This document shows positions 45,384-55,237 of a DNA stretch of 64,000 bases, piece after piece. Below the pieces are notes generated by a model. It saw nothing but the letters and a program-made list of their open reading frames with translations, ran no database searches and had not been told where the DNA came from. Origin of the DNA: Dehalococcoidia bacterium (GTDB taxonomy: Bacteria > Chloroflexota > Dehalococcoidia > UBA2979). How positions within the stretch are numbered: the stretch's first letter is position 1; each line of letters opens with the position of its first letter. The DNA lies in the NCBI GenBank assembly GCA_965237865.1, contig OZ250164.1:2440142-2504141 (forward strand). The letters are read 5' to 3'. A program made the translations under genes and the position numbers.

Positions 45384-46179
45384 GCAGGAGCAGCGCCTCG
45401 TCCGCACCTTCGACGGCAGCGTCGAGGTGCCCGTCCGCATCGTCGGCGAGGGGCCGCCGCTGCTCTACCTGCACGGCACGTTCGGCCTCGTCGAGGACGA
45501 GTTCATCGACGCGCTCGCGGAGAGCGCGACCGTCTACGCCCCCTCCCCGCCCGGCTTCGAGGGCTCGGCGGGCGCGGAGTTCGTCTACGAGAACGTCACG
45601 GAGATCACGCTGCACCACGACGACCTGCTCACGGCGCTCGGGCTCGAGGAGCCGATCGACGTGGTGGGGCACTCCTTCGGGGCGTTCCTGGCGCAGGAGA
45701 TCGCCGCCTTCTTCCCGGCGCGCGTGCGGCGGCTGGCGCTGATCAGCGCGCTCGGCCTCTGGCTCGAGGAAGCCCCGCAGCCGGATCTCTTCGGACTCAC
45801 CCCCGGCACGCTCGGACGCACGATCTTCGCCGACACCGAGAGCCCGGCGGCGCGGCGCATGTTCACGCCTCCCTCCGACCGCGAGGAGGCGCGGCTCTGG
45901 AACCGCGCCCGGCGGCGCGGGCTGATCGGCGCCGCCAAGTACCTCTGGCCGCTGCCCGACAAGGGCTTCGCGCGCCGCGCCTACCGCGTGCGCGCGCCCT
46001 CGCTGCTGCTCTGGGGCGCCGAGGATGCCGTCGTCCCGCCCGACCCCTACGTCGATGCCTACCGCTCGCTGCTGCCGGACGCGACCGCGGAGCTGATCCC
46101 CGGCGCGGGCCACATGGTGGTGGAGGAGGCGCCGGCCGAGGCCGCCCGCGCCGTGCTCGGCCACCTGCGCGGAGCCTGA
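45376..46179 (+). CDS. alpha/beta hydrolase
   Basis: LLYLHGTFG, nucleophile elbow VVGHSFGAFLA (GHSxG), C-terminal GHMVVEEAP. Confidence 0.8.
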   Translation: MPEQEQRLVRTFDGSVEVPVRIVGEGPPLLYLHGTFGLVEDEFIDALAESATVYAPSPPGFEGSAGAEFVYENVTEITLHHDDLLTALGLEEPIDVVGHSFGAFLAQEIAAFFPARVRRLALISALGLWLEEAPQPDLFGLTPGTLGRTIFADTESPAARRMFTPPSDREEARLWNRARRRGLIGAAKYLWPLPDKGFARRAYRVRAPSLLLWGAEDAVVPPDPYVDAYRSLLPDATAELIPGAGHMVVEEAPAEAARAVLGHLRGA

Positions 46180-46187
46180 CGGCGCGC

Positions 46188-46811
46188 GTGCGGGAACTCG
46201 ACGCCCTCGAGCGGCTCGCGAGCGCGGACTCGCTGCGCATCGGACTGGTCTCGGACACGCACATCCCGGAGGCGATGCCTCAGCTCTGGCCGCAGGTCTT
46301 CACGGCCTTCCGCGGCGTGGACTGCATCCTGCACGCCGGGGACATCCACGACCTCTCGGTGATCGACGAGCTCTCCGAAGTCGCGCCCACCTACGTGGCG
46401 CGCGGGAACGGCGACGACGGATCAGGCGGGCGTCCCGTGCAGCCCGAGGACCCGCGGCTGCGCGAGGGCTGGCTGCTGGAGCTCGCCGGGCTGCTCGTGG
46501 GCATCGCGCACACGGTCCCCGTCCCCGCCGCGGCCGGGTGGACGCTGGAGCGGGCGATGCAGCGCTACTGCGGCCGCACGGACCTGGACGTGATGATCTT
46601 CGGCGACACCCACTCCGAGTGGGTCGAGTGGGTCGACGGCGTGCTCTGCGTGAACCCCGGCTCGCCGACGCTGCCGCGGAACCTGCGGGCGCGCCTCGGC
46701 ACGATCGGCTTCCTCGAGATCGCGAACGGCCGCCCGCGCCCGAGCATCTGGCAGCTCACCGAGCACGGCATCGCCGCCTTCGACTGGGCGCGCTGGCGCC
46801 GCCCGGTCTAG
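46188..46811 (+). CDS. metallophosphoesterase (YfcE-like)
   Basis: LVSDTHIP, ILHAGDI, GNGD, IFGDTH calcineurin-like motifs. Confidence 0.8.
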   Translation: MRELDALERLASADSLRIGLVSDTHIPEAMPQLWPQVFTAFRGVDCILHAGDIHDLSVIDELSEVAPTYVARGNGDDGSGGRPVQPEDPRLREGWLLELAGLLVGIAHTVPVPAAAGWTLERAMQRYCGRTDLDVMIFGDTHSEWVEWVDGVLCVNPGSPTLPRNLRARLGTIGFLEIANGRPRPSIWQLTEHGIAAFDWARWRRPV

Positions 46812-46821
46812 GGGCGCGGCG

Positions 46822-47883
46822 CTACGCGGCGGCGGGGGTGCGCTCCATCTCGCCGTAGGACGGGATCGTCTTGATCTCCGCCATGAGTTCCTTGATGTGC
46901 TCCTCGTCGTCGGGATCCTCGATCTCGGCTCTGAGGTGGATCTCGGTGTTGAGACCGCCGTAGACCTCGCGCATCTTGCCGGCGATCTCGTCCCAGGTGC
47001 CGACGATGGCGAACTTCTCGAGGAAGTCGTCGTCGATGATCTTCACCATCTCATCCCACTTTTGCTCGATCGAGAGGCGGTGCAGCAGCATCGCCTCGTC
47101 CTGGAGGCCCGCCATGTGCATGGCGTCGTGGTAGCTGCGCGTCGAGGCGTAGAACGACATCCAGCGCTTCAACTCGGCCATCTCGCCGACGAGCTTCTCC
47201 TCGTTCTTCGCCGTGACGACGAAGCCGCCGCCGGAGATCACCATGTCCTTCAGATCCCTGCCCGAGCGGCGCGCACCCTCCTCAAGCGCGGGGACCAGCA
47301 CCTGGTCGCGGTACGCCCAGCTCATCATCCTGTGCCAGAGCACGCCGTCCCCGACCTCGGTGGCCAGCCGCGTGTTCAGCGGACGCACCGCAGCGAGCAC
47401 GATCGGCGGGTCCGGGTAGTCGATCGGGCCGGGGTTCCAGTTCCAGGCGTCGAGGGTGTAGCGATAGTACTTGCCCTCGTAGTTCGGCTTCTCGCCGGTC
47501 CGCCAGGTGTGCCAGCAGGCGCGCATCATCTCTATGTACTCGCGCAGGCGCGGGTTGGGCGGGCCCCAGGGCACGGAGAAGCGCCGCTCGTTGTGGCCCT
47601 TGACCTGGGTACCCATGCCGAGGATGAAGCGCCCGCCGGAGTACTCCTGGAGATCCCACCCGTGGTTCGCCATCACGTACGGCGAGCGCGCGAAGGCGAC
47701 CGTGACGTTGCTGCCGATCCGCACGTGCTCGCTGTGCTCGGCCACGAGCGCGAGCGCGGTGAACGGGTTGTGCTGGGCCTCGGGCACCCAGAGCGTGTCG
47801 AAGCCCATCGCCTCGCGCTGGCGCGCGAACGCCGGGGCCTCCCCCATCTTCTTGTGGGGGTGCAGTCCGCACGTCACCCTCAT
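46822..47883 (-). CDS. LLM class F420-dependent oxidoreductase (tandem paralog 1)
   Basis: 353 aa, MRVTCGLHPH... About 90% identical to 47958-49019. GGGAGAGGATG RBS. Confidence 0.85.
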   Translation of the reverse strand: MRVTCGLHPHKKMGEAPAFARQREAMGFDTLWVPEAQHNPFTALALVAEHSEHVRIGSNVTVAFARSPYVMANHGWDLQEYSGGRFILGMGTQVKGHNERRFSVPWGPPNPRLREYIEMMRACWHTWRTGEKPNYEGKYYRYTLDAWNWNPGPIDYPDPPIVLAAVRPLNTRLATEVGDGVLWHRMMSWAYRDQVLVPALEEGARRSGRDLKDMVISGGGFVVTAKNEEKLVGEMAELKRWMSFYASTRSYHDAMHMAGLQDEAMLLHRLSIEQKWDEMVKIIDDDFLEKFAIVGTWDEIAGKMREVYGGLNTEIHLRAEIEDPDDEEHIKELMAEIKTIPSYGEMERTPAAA

Positions 47884-47957
47884 CGCGCTGCATCCTCTCC
47901 CGCCGGCTGCGCCCGCCTCCCGCGGAAGCCGGCCCGCGGGAGGCCAGTCACCTCGTA

Positions 47958-49019
47958 CTACGCAGCGGCGGCCGTGCGCTCCATCTCGCCGTACGGCGGG
48001 ATCGCCTTGATCTCCGCCATCACTTCCTTGATGTGCTCCTCATCGTCCGGATCCTCGATCTCGGCGCTGAAGCTGATCTCGGTGTTGAGGCCGCCGTAGA
48101 CCTCGCGCATCTTGCCGGGGATCTCGTCCCAGGTGCCGATGATCGCGAACTTATCCAGGAAGTCGTCGTCGATGATCTTCACCATCTCCGCCCACTTCTG
48201 CTCGATCGAGAGGCGGTGCAGCAGCATCGCCTCGTCCTGGAGGCCGGCCATGTTCATCGCGTCGTGGTAGCTGCGGGTGGAGGCGTAGAAGGACATCCAG
48301 CGCTTCTGCTCCGCCATCGCCTCGACCAGCTTCTCCTCGTTCTTCGCCGTGACGACGAAGCCGCCGCCGGAGATCACGAGGTCCTTCGGGTCCTTGCCGG
48401 CGCGGCGCGCGCCCTCCAGCAGCGCGGGGACCAGCACCTGGTCGCGGTAGGCCCAGCTCATCATCCCGTGCCAGAGCACGCCGTCGCCCACCTCGGAGGC
48501 CAGCCGCGTGTTGAGCGGACGCACCGCGGCCAGCACGACCGGCGGGTCCGGGTAGTCGATCGGGCCGGGGTTCCAGTTCCAGGCGTCGAGGGTGTAGCGG
48601 TAGTACTTGCCCTCGTAGTTCGGCTTCTCGCCGGTGCGCCAGGTGTGCCAGCAGGCGCGCATCATCTCCACGTACTCGCGCAGGCGCGGGTTGGGCGGGC
48701 CCCATGGCACCGAGAAGCGGCGCTCGTTGTGGCCCTTGATCTGCGTGCCCATGCCGATGATGAAGCGCCCGCCGGAGTACTCCTGGAGGTCCCAGCCGTG
48801 GTTCGCCATCACGTACGGCGAGCGCGCGAAGGCGACCGTCACGTTGCTGCCGATGCGCACGTTCTCGCTGTGCTCGGCGACAAGCGCGAGCGCGGTGAAC
48901 GGGTTGTGCTGGGCCTCGGGCACCCAGAGCGCGTCGTAGCCCATCTCCTCGCGCTTGCGCGCGAAGGCCGGAGCCTCGCCCATGTTCTTGTGGGGGTGCA
49001 GTCCGCACGTGACCCTCAT
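47958..49019 (-). CDS. LLM class F420-dependent oxidoreductase (tandem paralog 2)
   Basis: 353 aa. The duplication unit (~1.14 kb) includes ~40 bp of 3' flank. Confidence 0.85.
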   Translation of the reverse strand: MRVTCGLHPHKNMGEAPAFARKREEMGYDALWVPEAQHNPFTALALVAEHSENVRIGSNVTVAFARSPYVMANHGWDLQEYSGGRFIIGMGTQIKGHNERRFSVPWGPPNPRLREYVEMMRACWHTWRTGEKPNYEGKYYRYTLDAWNWNPGPIDYPDPPVVLAAVRPLNTRLASEVGDGVLWHGMMSWAYRDQVLVPALLEGARRAGKDPKDLVISGGGFVVTAKNEEKLVEAMAEQKRWMSFYASTRSYHDAMNMAGLQDEAMLLHRLSIEQKWAEMVKIIDDDFLDKFAIIGTWDEIPGKMREVYGGLNTEISFSAEIEDPDDEEHIKEVMAEIKAIPPYGEMERTAAAA

Positions 49020-49465
49020 CGCGTCGCATCCTTTCCTGCCGGCTGCGCCGGCGCACTGCGGAAGCCGGCCCGCGAGCCGTCCACCGTGATCTTACGGTGC
49101 GCGATGCGCCAGCCTCTGGCGTCGCGCCTCAGCCTGTCCTCGTATACGCCGCTCGTGCCCGGCCGCACGTCACCATCGTCGAGGTGCAGTACGAGCAAGT
49201 CTAGCGTCATCGAGGCCTCGTCCCCGTCGCCCTCGATGACGGGGTTGCTGGTCCAGTGCTTGCGGGTGTGCGCCTGCGCGGCCCGCGCGCGGAACTCCTC
49301 GACGATCGCGTCGCGGCCCCGCCGCGCACCGCGCGCGGAGGATTCCCAGACGGCGTCCTCCGTGAACACGCCCTCGAGCGCCTCGGGGTCGCCGCGGTCG
49401 AGCGCCCGGCAGTAGCGGGCGGCGACCTCGATGATGTCGAGCCGGTCATCGCAGGAGAGCGGCAC
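49016..49465 (-). CDS. SnoaL-like / NTF2-like protein (array member 1)
   Basis: MPLSCDDRLDIIEVAARYCRALD..., NTF2-like fold. ATGA overlap with the upstream LLM gene. Confidence 0.7.
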   Translation of the reverse strand: MPLSCDDRLDIIEVAARYCRALDRGDPEALEGVFTEDAVWESSARGARRGRDAIVEEFRARAAQAHTRKHWTSNPVIEGDGDEASMTLDLLVLHLDDGDVRPGTSGVYEDRLRRDARGWRIAHRKITVDGSRAGFRSAPAQPAGKDATR

Positions 49466-49507
49466 GGCGTTCCTTCCCGGCCTCGTCCGTTCTGCGCCCC
49501 GCCACCG

Positions 49508-49903
49508 TCAGGCGGCCGGCGGCGCGTCGCTGTGGACCTTGCGGTGCGTGAACTTCCATTGCCCGTCCACGCGCTTGAGCGTGTCGTGGTACACGCCGGA
49601 CACGCGGATTGTCGGCGGGCCGGAGACGTCGAAGGTGACGAGGTAGACCTTCGCCGTCGCGTCGTCGCCGTCGCCCTCGATCAGGATGTTGTTGTTCCAG
49701 TGGCGGATCCGGTTGCTCTGATCGCGCCCGCGCACGAACGCGAGCAGCTCCTCGCGTCCGCTGACGGCGCCGGCGCTGCCCTCGAAGACGGCGTCGTCGG
49801 TGAAGGTGTCGGCCCACTCCTCGGGCTTGCTGCTGTCGATCGCGTGGTTGTAGCGGGCCATCAACTCCGTGATGTCGAGTTGGTCCTCGATTGAGAGCGG
49901 CAT
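49508..49903 (-). CDS. SnoaL-like / NTF2-like protein (array member 2)
   Basis: MPLSIEDQLDITELMARYNHAID... Confidence 0.7.
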   Translation of the reverse strand: MPLSIEDQLDITELMARYNHAIDSSKPEEWADTFTDDAVFEGSAGAVSGREELLAFVRGRDQSNRIRHWNNNILIEGDGDDATAKVYLVTFDVSGPPTIRVSGVYHDTLKRVDGQWKFTHRKVHSDAPPAA

Positions 49904-49952
49904 GGCGTCCTCCGTCCTTTCCGCGAGGCGATGCCTCGCACAGTGAGGCTGC

Positions 49953-50333
49953 TTACTGGTCCGGGTGAACCTTGCGATGGCTGAACTTCCACTCGCCGTC
50001 GAGGCGCACGAGCGTGTCGTGGTAGATGCCGCTCGCCAGCAACTCCACCGCCTCGTCCTCGCCGACCCCCGTGCGGACGAGGTAGACCTTCGCCGTGGCG
50101 TGGTCGCCGTCGCCCTCGATGATCGGGCTGCTCAGCCAGTGCTTCCACTGGGCGCTGCCGCCACCTGCCTGCGCCAGCTCCGCGCGGCCCCGCGCGGTTC
50201 TCATGCTGCCCTCGAACAGCGCGTCCTCGGTGAAGGTATCGGCGAAGCCCTCCCCGTCGCCGCTGTCGGCGCAGTGATTGTATTGGGCCATCAGGTCCAG
50301 GATCGCGAGGCGGTCGTCAACGGATAGCGGCAT
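49953..50333 (-). CDS. SnoaL-like / NTF2-like protein (array member 3)
   Basis: MPLSVDDRLAILDLMAQYNHCAD... Start ATG 50331-50333. Upstream ORF extension is non-coding. Confidence 0.7.
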   Translation of the reverse strand: MPLSVDDRLAILDLMAQYNHCADSGDGEGFADTFTEDALFEGSMRTARGRAELAQAGGGSAQWKHWLSSPIIEGDGDHATAKVYLVRTGVGEDEAVELLASGIYHDTLVRLDGEWKFSHRKVHPDQ

Positions 50334-50362
50334 AGGCGTCCTCTCCCGGTTCCTCGCGCCGC

Positions 50363-50761
50363 TCAGTCCTGGCGGGCGTGCACGCGGAGCTCGCGCTTCG
50401 CGAACAGCCAGCCCTCCGGCTCGCGCCGCAGCGTGTCCTCGTACGTCCCGACCATCCGAGGGCGGAACGGCCCGTCGACGCCGAGCAGCAGCAGGTACTG
50501 CCGGATCGTCGCGGCGTCCCCGTCGCCCTCGATGATCGGGCTGTTCGTCCAGTGCCTCCAGGTGTGGGAGTGCGGCGCGCGGGTGCGGGCGTGCTCGCGG
50601 ATCGCCTCGCGGCCGGTGATCACGCCGGAGGTGTCGGAGTCCCACACGCCGTCCTCGGTGAAGGTCTCCGCCCGCGTGTCCACGTCGCCGCTGTCCACGG
50701 CGTGGTTGTAGCGCGTCACGAGGGCGCGAATCGCCATCCGGTCCTCGACAGATAGCGGCAT
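50363..50761 (-). CDS. SnoaL-like / NTF2-like protein (array member 4)
   Basis: MPLSVEDRMAIRALVTRYNHAVD... Start ATG 50759-50761. Confidence 0.7.
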   Translation of the reverse strand: MPLSVEDRMAIRALVTRYNHAVDSGDVDTRAETFTEDGVWDSDTSGVITGREAIREHARTRAPHSHTWRHWTNSPIIEGDGDAATIRQYLLLLGVDGPFRPRMVGTYEDTLRREPEGWLFAKRELRVHARQD

Positions 50762-50763
50762 CG

Positions 50764-51192
50764 CTACTCCTCCGCCCGCCGTCCGCCGGCGCCGTCCGCA
50801 TCGACGACGATGCGCCGCCGGCTGAAGCGCCACGCGCCGTCCACCCGCCGCAGCTCGCCCTCGTAGCGCCCGTACAGGCGCGGCTCGACGCTGTCGCGGC
50901 GGCTGAGCACGAGGAGAGACATCGCCAGCCGGGCCGCGTCGCCGTCACCCGGCACGCCCTCGATGATCGCGTTGCTGTTGAAGTGGCGGCGGCGGCGCCA
51001 GCCATCCGGGCGCGAGGCGATGTAGTGGGCGATGGCGGGCCGCCCGGTGATCGGCCCGGTGGCGGTCGCCTCGATCACGCCGTCGTCGGTGAAGAGCGCG
51101 GCAACGCCCTCGTGGTCGCCCGAATCGACCGCGTGGTTGTAGCGCGCGGCGAGATCGAGAATCTCAAGCCGGTCGTCGACGGATGGCGACAT
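50764..51192 (-). CDS. SnoaL-like / NTF2-like protein (array member 5)
   Basis: MSPSVDDRLEILDLAARYNHAVD... Start ATG 51190-51192. Confidence 0.7.
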   Translation of the reverse strand: MSPSVDDRLEILDLAARYNHAVDSGDHEGVAALFTDDGVIEATATGPITGRPAIAHYIASRPDGWRRRRHFNSNAIIEGVPGDGDAARLAMSLLVLSRRDSVEPRLYGRYEGELRRVDGAWRFSRRRIVVDADGAGGRRAEE

Positions 51193-51315
51193 TCGCGGAC
51201 CCCCCGAAGCGGGGCGACGATAGCACATCGCGCACCTCGCTCCCGCGTCCCGCGCCGCCGCGCCCCGGCGGCCCGCTATCCTTGGCCACGGACGCCCGGC
51301 GGGGAGGGTGGCGCG

Positions 51316-51906
51316 ATGGCGGACTACGACGAGCGGACGGCGCTGCTGGTGGTGGACGTGCAGAACGACTTCGCCTCGCCGGAGGGCAGCCTCTACGTCG
51401 ACGGCGCGGCCGGCGCGATCGCCCGCACGAACGAGGAGATCGCGCGCGCCCTCGAGGGCGGCGCGTTCGTCGTCTACTCGCAGGACTGGCACCCGGAGCA
51501 CACCCCGCACTTCGCGCAGGACGGCGGCGTCTGGCCGGTGCACGGCGTCGGCGGCAGCTGGGGCGCCGAGCTGCACCCGGACCTCGTGGTCGCCGAGGGC
51601 GCACCGCTGGTGCGCAAGGGCGCCGACGGCAGCGACGCCTACTCCGCCTTCAGCCAGCGCGATCCGCAGAGCGGCGAGCAGGCGGCCACGGAGCTGGAGG
51701 CGCTGCTGCGTGAGCGAGCCATCGAGCGCGTCGTGATTGCGGGGCTGGCCACGGACTACTGCATCAAGGAGACGGCGCTGGACGCACGGCGGCTCGGCTT
51801 CCCGACGACCGTGATCGCGGACGCGATCAGCGCCGTGAACCTCGAACCCGGCGACGGCGAGCGCGCGCTCGCGGCGATCCGCGAGGCGGGCGCCACGATC
51901 GAGTGA
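51316..51906 (+). CDS. pncA: nicotinamidase/pyrazinamidase (isochorismatase family)
   Basis: ALLVVDVQNDF, catalytic Cys in ATDYCIK, 196 aa. Directly upstream of pncB. Confidence 0.85.
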   Translation: MADYDERTALLVVDVQNDFASPEGSLYVDGAAGAIARTNEEIARALEGGAFVVYSQDWHPEHTPHFAQDGGVWPVHGVGGSWGAELHPDLVVAEGAPLVRKGADGSDAYSAFSQRDPQSGEQAATELEALLRERAIERVVIAGLATDYCIKETALDARRLGFPTTVIADAISAVNLEPGDGERALAAIREAGATIE

Positions 51907-51913
51907 GCCCCTC

Positions 51914-53296
51914 GTGAGCGCGACGCCACTCGGAGGCGGCCTCGACGAGCCGGGCCGTGCGCTGTTCACGGACCTCTACCAGCTCACGATGCTGCAGGCC
52001 TACGCCGAGCACGGACTGACCGCCCGCGCCACGTTCGAGCTGTACGCCCGCTCGCTGCCCTCGAATCGCAACTACCTGCTGGCCTGCGGCCTCGACGACG
52101 CGCTCTCTTACCTCGAAGGGCTGCACTTCGGAGACGAGGCGCTCGCCGCGCTGGAGCGCGGCGGACGCTTCCCGCCGAGCTTCCTCGACTGGCTCGGCGG
52201 CCTGCGCTTCACGGGCGACGTGTACGCGATGCCCGAGGGCACGCCCGCCTTCGCCGGCGAGCCGCTGCTCACCGTCGAGGCGCCACTGCCGGAAGCACAG
52301 CTCGCCGAGACGTACCTGCTCAACCAGCTGCACCTGCAGACGCTGATCGCCTCGAAGGGCGCGCGCATCGTCGAGGCGGCGCGGGGGCGGCCGGTGGTGG
52401 ACTTCGGCACGCGGCGCGCACACGGCACGGACGCGGCGCTGAAGGCGGCGCGCGCGCTCTACCTCGCGGGCATGGCCGCGACCTCCAACGTGCTCGCCGC
52501 CGAGCGCTACGGCATCCCGGCGACCGGCACGATGGCGCACAGCTACGTGCAGGCCCACGACGACGAGGCCGAGGCCTTCCGCAGCTTCGTCGCGACCCAC
52601 CCCGACACCGTCCTGCTCGTCGACACCTACGACACCGCCGAGGGCGTGCGCCGCGTGGCGCGGCTCGCGGCGGAGCTGGGCGACGCCTTCCGCGTGCGGG
52701 CCGTGCGGCTCGACTCCGAGCCCCTTGCCGAGCTGGCGCGGGAGGCGCGCGCGATCCTCGATGCGGCCGGGCTGGAACGCGTGGAGATCGTCGCCAGCGG
52801 AGGCCTCGACGAGACGCGGATCGCGGAGCTCGTCGCCGCGGGCGCGCCGATCGACGCCTTCGGCGTGGGCACGCGGGCGGTGTCCTCGGCGGACGCGCCC
52901 ACCTTCGACGCCGTCTACAAGCTGGCCGCCTACGACGGCCGCGGGCGGATCAAGCTCTCGGCGGAGAAGGAGACGCTGCCCGGCCGCAAGCAGGTCTTCC
53001 GCCGTCGCGACGCCGCTGGCCTCGCGAGCGGCGACATCCTCGCGCGCGCGGACGAGCGCCTCGAGGGCGAGCCGCTGCTCGTGCCCGTGATGCGCGGCGG
53101 CGAGCGCCTCGATGCGGGGATGCGGACGCTGGCGGAGGCGCGGGAGCGCGCGGCGACGGAGCGCGAACGGCTCCCCGCCTCGCTCCGTGAGCTGCAGGCG
53201 GCGGCCGAGCCGTACCCGGTGGAGGTGAGCGCGGCGCTGCAAGCCGAGGCGCAGACCCTGCGCGACGAGCTGCGGCGCGGGCGGCCCGCGCCGTAG
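51914..53296 (+). CDS. pncB: nicotinate phosphoribosyltransferase
   Basis: 460 aa, LFTDLYQLTMLQAY..., GTMAHSYV, type II PRTase family. GTG start. Confidence 0.85.
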   Translation: MSATPLGGGLDEPGRALFTDLYQLTMLQAYAEHGLTARATFELYARSLPSNRNYLLACGLDDALSYLEGLHFGDEALAALERGGRFPPSFLDWLGGLRFTGDVYAMPEGTPAFAGEPLLTVEAPLPEAQLAETYLLNQLHLQTLIASKGARIVEAARGRPVVDFGTRRAHGTDAALKAARALYLAGMAATSNVLAAERYGIPATGTMAHSYVQAHDDEAEAFRSFVATHPDTVLLVDTYDTAEGVRRVARLAAELGDAFRVRAVRLDSEPLAELAREARAILDAAGLERVEIVASGGLDETRIAELVAAGAPIDAFGVGTRAVSSADAPTFDAVYKLAAYDGRGRIKLSAEKETLPGRKQVFRRRDAAGLASGDILARADERLEGEPLLVPVMRGGERLDAGMRTLAEARERAATERERLPASLRELQAAAEPYPVEVSAALQAEAQTLRDELRRGRPAP

Positions 53297-53311
53297 CAGC
53301 AGCGGCGGGCG

Positions 53312-53620
53312 CTACTCGCCTCGCGAGCCCTCGGACGACTCGCGCAAGTCGACGCGCGCCTCGGCGCCGGGGAGCGCGCGCAGCAGCGCGTCGGCCTCGC
53401 GGAAGGACGGGGAGGCGAGCCAGGCCTCGGCTGCGGCGCGGCTGCGCCACCACGTGGTCAGCAGCAGCGAGCGGCGCGAGAGCCAGCGGTGGACGCTCAG
53501 GCAGCCCTGCTGCGAGCGCGTGCGGCGATCGAGCGCGCGCACCGCCCAGAAGGCGCGCGGCATCGAGCGCATCCGGCTCAGATGCCAGGAGGTGAGCAGC
53601 AGCACTCGCGCCTCGTCCAT
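53312..53620 (-). CDS. hypothetical protein (small alpha+beta, possibly ABM/DUF3291-like)
   Basis: 102-aa ORF convergent with pncB. No recognisable motif. Confidence 0.4.
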   Translation of the reverse strand: MDEARVLLLTSWHLSRMRSMPRAFWAVRALDRRTRSQQGCLSVHRWLSRRSLLLTTWWRSRAAAEAWLASPSFREADALLRALPGAEARVDLRESSEGSRGE

Positions 53621-53657
53621 GACCCGACCCTAGCAGCCTGTCAGCCGCGGGGCGCGC

Positions 53658-54773
53658 TCAGCGCGAGTCCTCGAGGATGCGCACGACCAGCCGGATGATG
53701 CGCCAGCCGTCGCGCAGCATGTGCTCGACGTTGCCGGGGTCCGGCTCGACGTGCTGGAAGAGATCGAGGCGGTGATAGATGTCGGGCTCACGCGCCTCGG
53801 CCATCGCCCCGGACTCGGTCCAGGGGATGAACTCGTCGCTGCGGTCGTGGAGCAGGTAGAACGGGGCGCGCAGTCCGTCGATCGCGTAGCGCGGGCTCAC
53901 GGCCGCGAGGTGCGCGCGCTGCTCCGGCGGCAGCGCCTGCAGCAGCGCCTCGGCGCGAGCGAGCGACGGGCGTTGCAGCAGCTCCGCCACCGCCGACCCG
54001 CCGGCGCTCTGCGGCGTCCCGCCGGCCTCGATCGCCGCGCGCTCGGCCTCGGGCAGCCCGGCGAGCAGCGTGTTGCGCACGACGCGGCGCGCGATGCCCG
54101 CCGGCTCCCAGTCCTCGACGCCGTCCGGACCGCGGAAGCTGTATGAGGTCACGGCGGCGGCCAGCGACGCGGCGTCGTAGTAGGGCCCGAGCGCGACCAC
54201 GTAGGCGACCCGATCGGCGATCTGCGGCTGCGAGGCGGCGACGATCGCCAGCGAGCCGCCCGCGGAGAGCGCCACGTAGCCGACCCGGTCCTGACGCACC
54301 CGCGGATGCGCGGCGAGCGCCTCGAAGGCTCCGGCCAGCCTCGGGATCTCGCTGGGAAGCACAACCGCAGCGTTGAGGTCGTCGGACTCGGTGAGCAGCA
54401 CGGCGAAGCCGACGCGGGCGAGGCCGCCGGTGAGGCTCAGGACGCGCTCATCGTCCGCCGGAGCGGGATCGGCGCCGAGGACGAGGATGATCGCCGGCTG
54501 CTGGTCGTCGCCGGCCGGCAGCGTCAGCTGCCCGCGGCCGCTGCCCTCGCCGCCCCACTCGAAATCCTCGATGGTGGGCGCGTGCGTGGCCCAGGCGAGG
54601 GGCCGCACCGGCAGCTGCAGCACCACGTCGGCGCTAAAGGCGGTGGCGCGCAGGTAGGAGTGCGCCGTGGGCAATGCAGCGACGACGGCCAGCAGCACCA
54701 GCAGCGCCGCGACGGCCCTGACCCGTCGCCGCACGCTCCAGTCATCGATGCGCCCCGGATGCAGCCGGTGCAT
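53658..54773 (-). CDS. secreted/membrane-anchored alpha/beta hydrolase (dienelactone-hydrolase-like)
   Basis: N-terminal TM/signal segment AVAALLVLLAVVAALP. Nucleophile elbow ALSAGGSLA (GxSxG-like). 371 aa. Confidence 0.6.
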   Translation of the reverse strand: MHRLHPGRIDDWSVRRRVRAVAALLVLLAVVAALPTAHSYLRATAFSADVVLQLPVRPLAWATHAPTIEDFEWGGEGSGRGQLTLPAGDDQQPAIILVLGADPAPADDERVLSLTGGLARVGFAVLLTESDDLNAAVVLPSEIPRLAGAFEALAAHPRVRQDRVGYVALSAGGSLAIVAASQPQIADRVAYVVALGPYYDAASLAAAVTSYSFRGPDGVEDWEPAGIARRVVRNTLLAGLPEAERAAIEAGGTPQSAGGSAVAELLQRPSLARAEALLQALPPEQRAHLAAVSPRYAIDGLRAPFYLLHDRSDEFIPWTESGAMAEAREPDIYHRLDLFQHVEPDPGNVEHMLRDGWRIIRLVVRILEDSR

Positions 54774-54815
54774 GGCGCGATGGTACGCGGGATGCGGGCG
54801 GCTTGCGGCGAATTC

Positions 54816-55232
54816 CTAGCGGTGGAGCAGTTCGGCGAGGTTGACCGACGGTATGTGCATCCGCCCGAAGCCGCTGACGCCCGTGACGGACTCGATCACG
54901 CCCCGCGCAGCGCCAAACAAGATCGCCGAGCCGTTGTACTCCAGCATCCGCAGCGGGTGACCCCGATCCTCGTCACCAAGCTGAAGCTCGAACACGCCGA
55001 CGATCGTGAGGTCGATCGAGCGAGCCTCGCCCTGCGCGACTCTCAGCCTCAGGGTGACCAGGTACTCATCAGCCTCCGATTCGAGGATCTCGGGGCGCGA
55101 GACGCGCACAGTGGTATCCGGCAGATCTGCCGGAATCTCCTCGTCTTCTTCGTACTCGAGCCGCTCGATCCAGAAGCGCCGGAGGTTGAGCGCTGCCTGA
55201 CCCGCCTGACGGAGCCGAAGCTTGGGGGCCAT
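54816..55232 (-). CDS. SecB-like chaperone of a toxin-antitoxin-chaperone (TAC) system
   Basis: C-terminal ILFGAARGVIESVTGVSGFGRMHIPSVNLAEL aligns with the SecB signature [32 protein letters not shown]. 138 aa. ATG 5 nt after the higA stop. Confidence 0.75.
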   Translation of the reverse strand: MAPKLRLRQAGQAALNLRRFWIERLEYEEDEEIPADLPDTTVRVSRPEILESEADEYLVTLRLRVAQGEARSIDLTIVGVFELQLGDEDRGHPLRMLEYNGSAILFGAARGVIESVTGVSGFGRMHIPSVNLAELLHR

Positions 55233-55237
55233 CTGCG

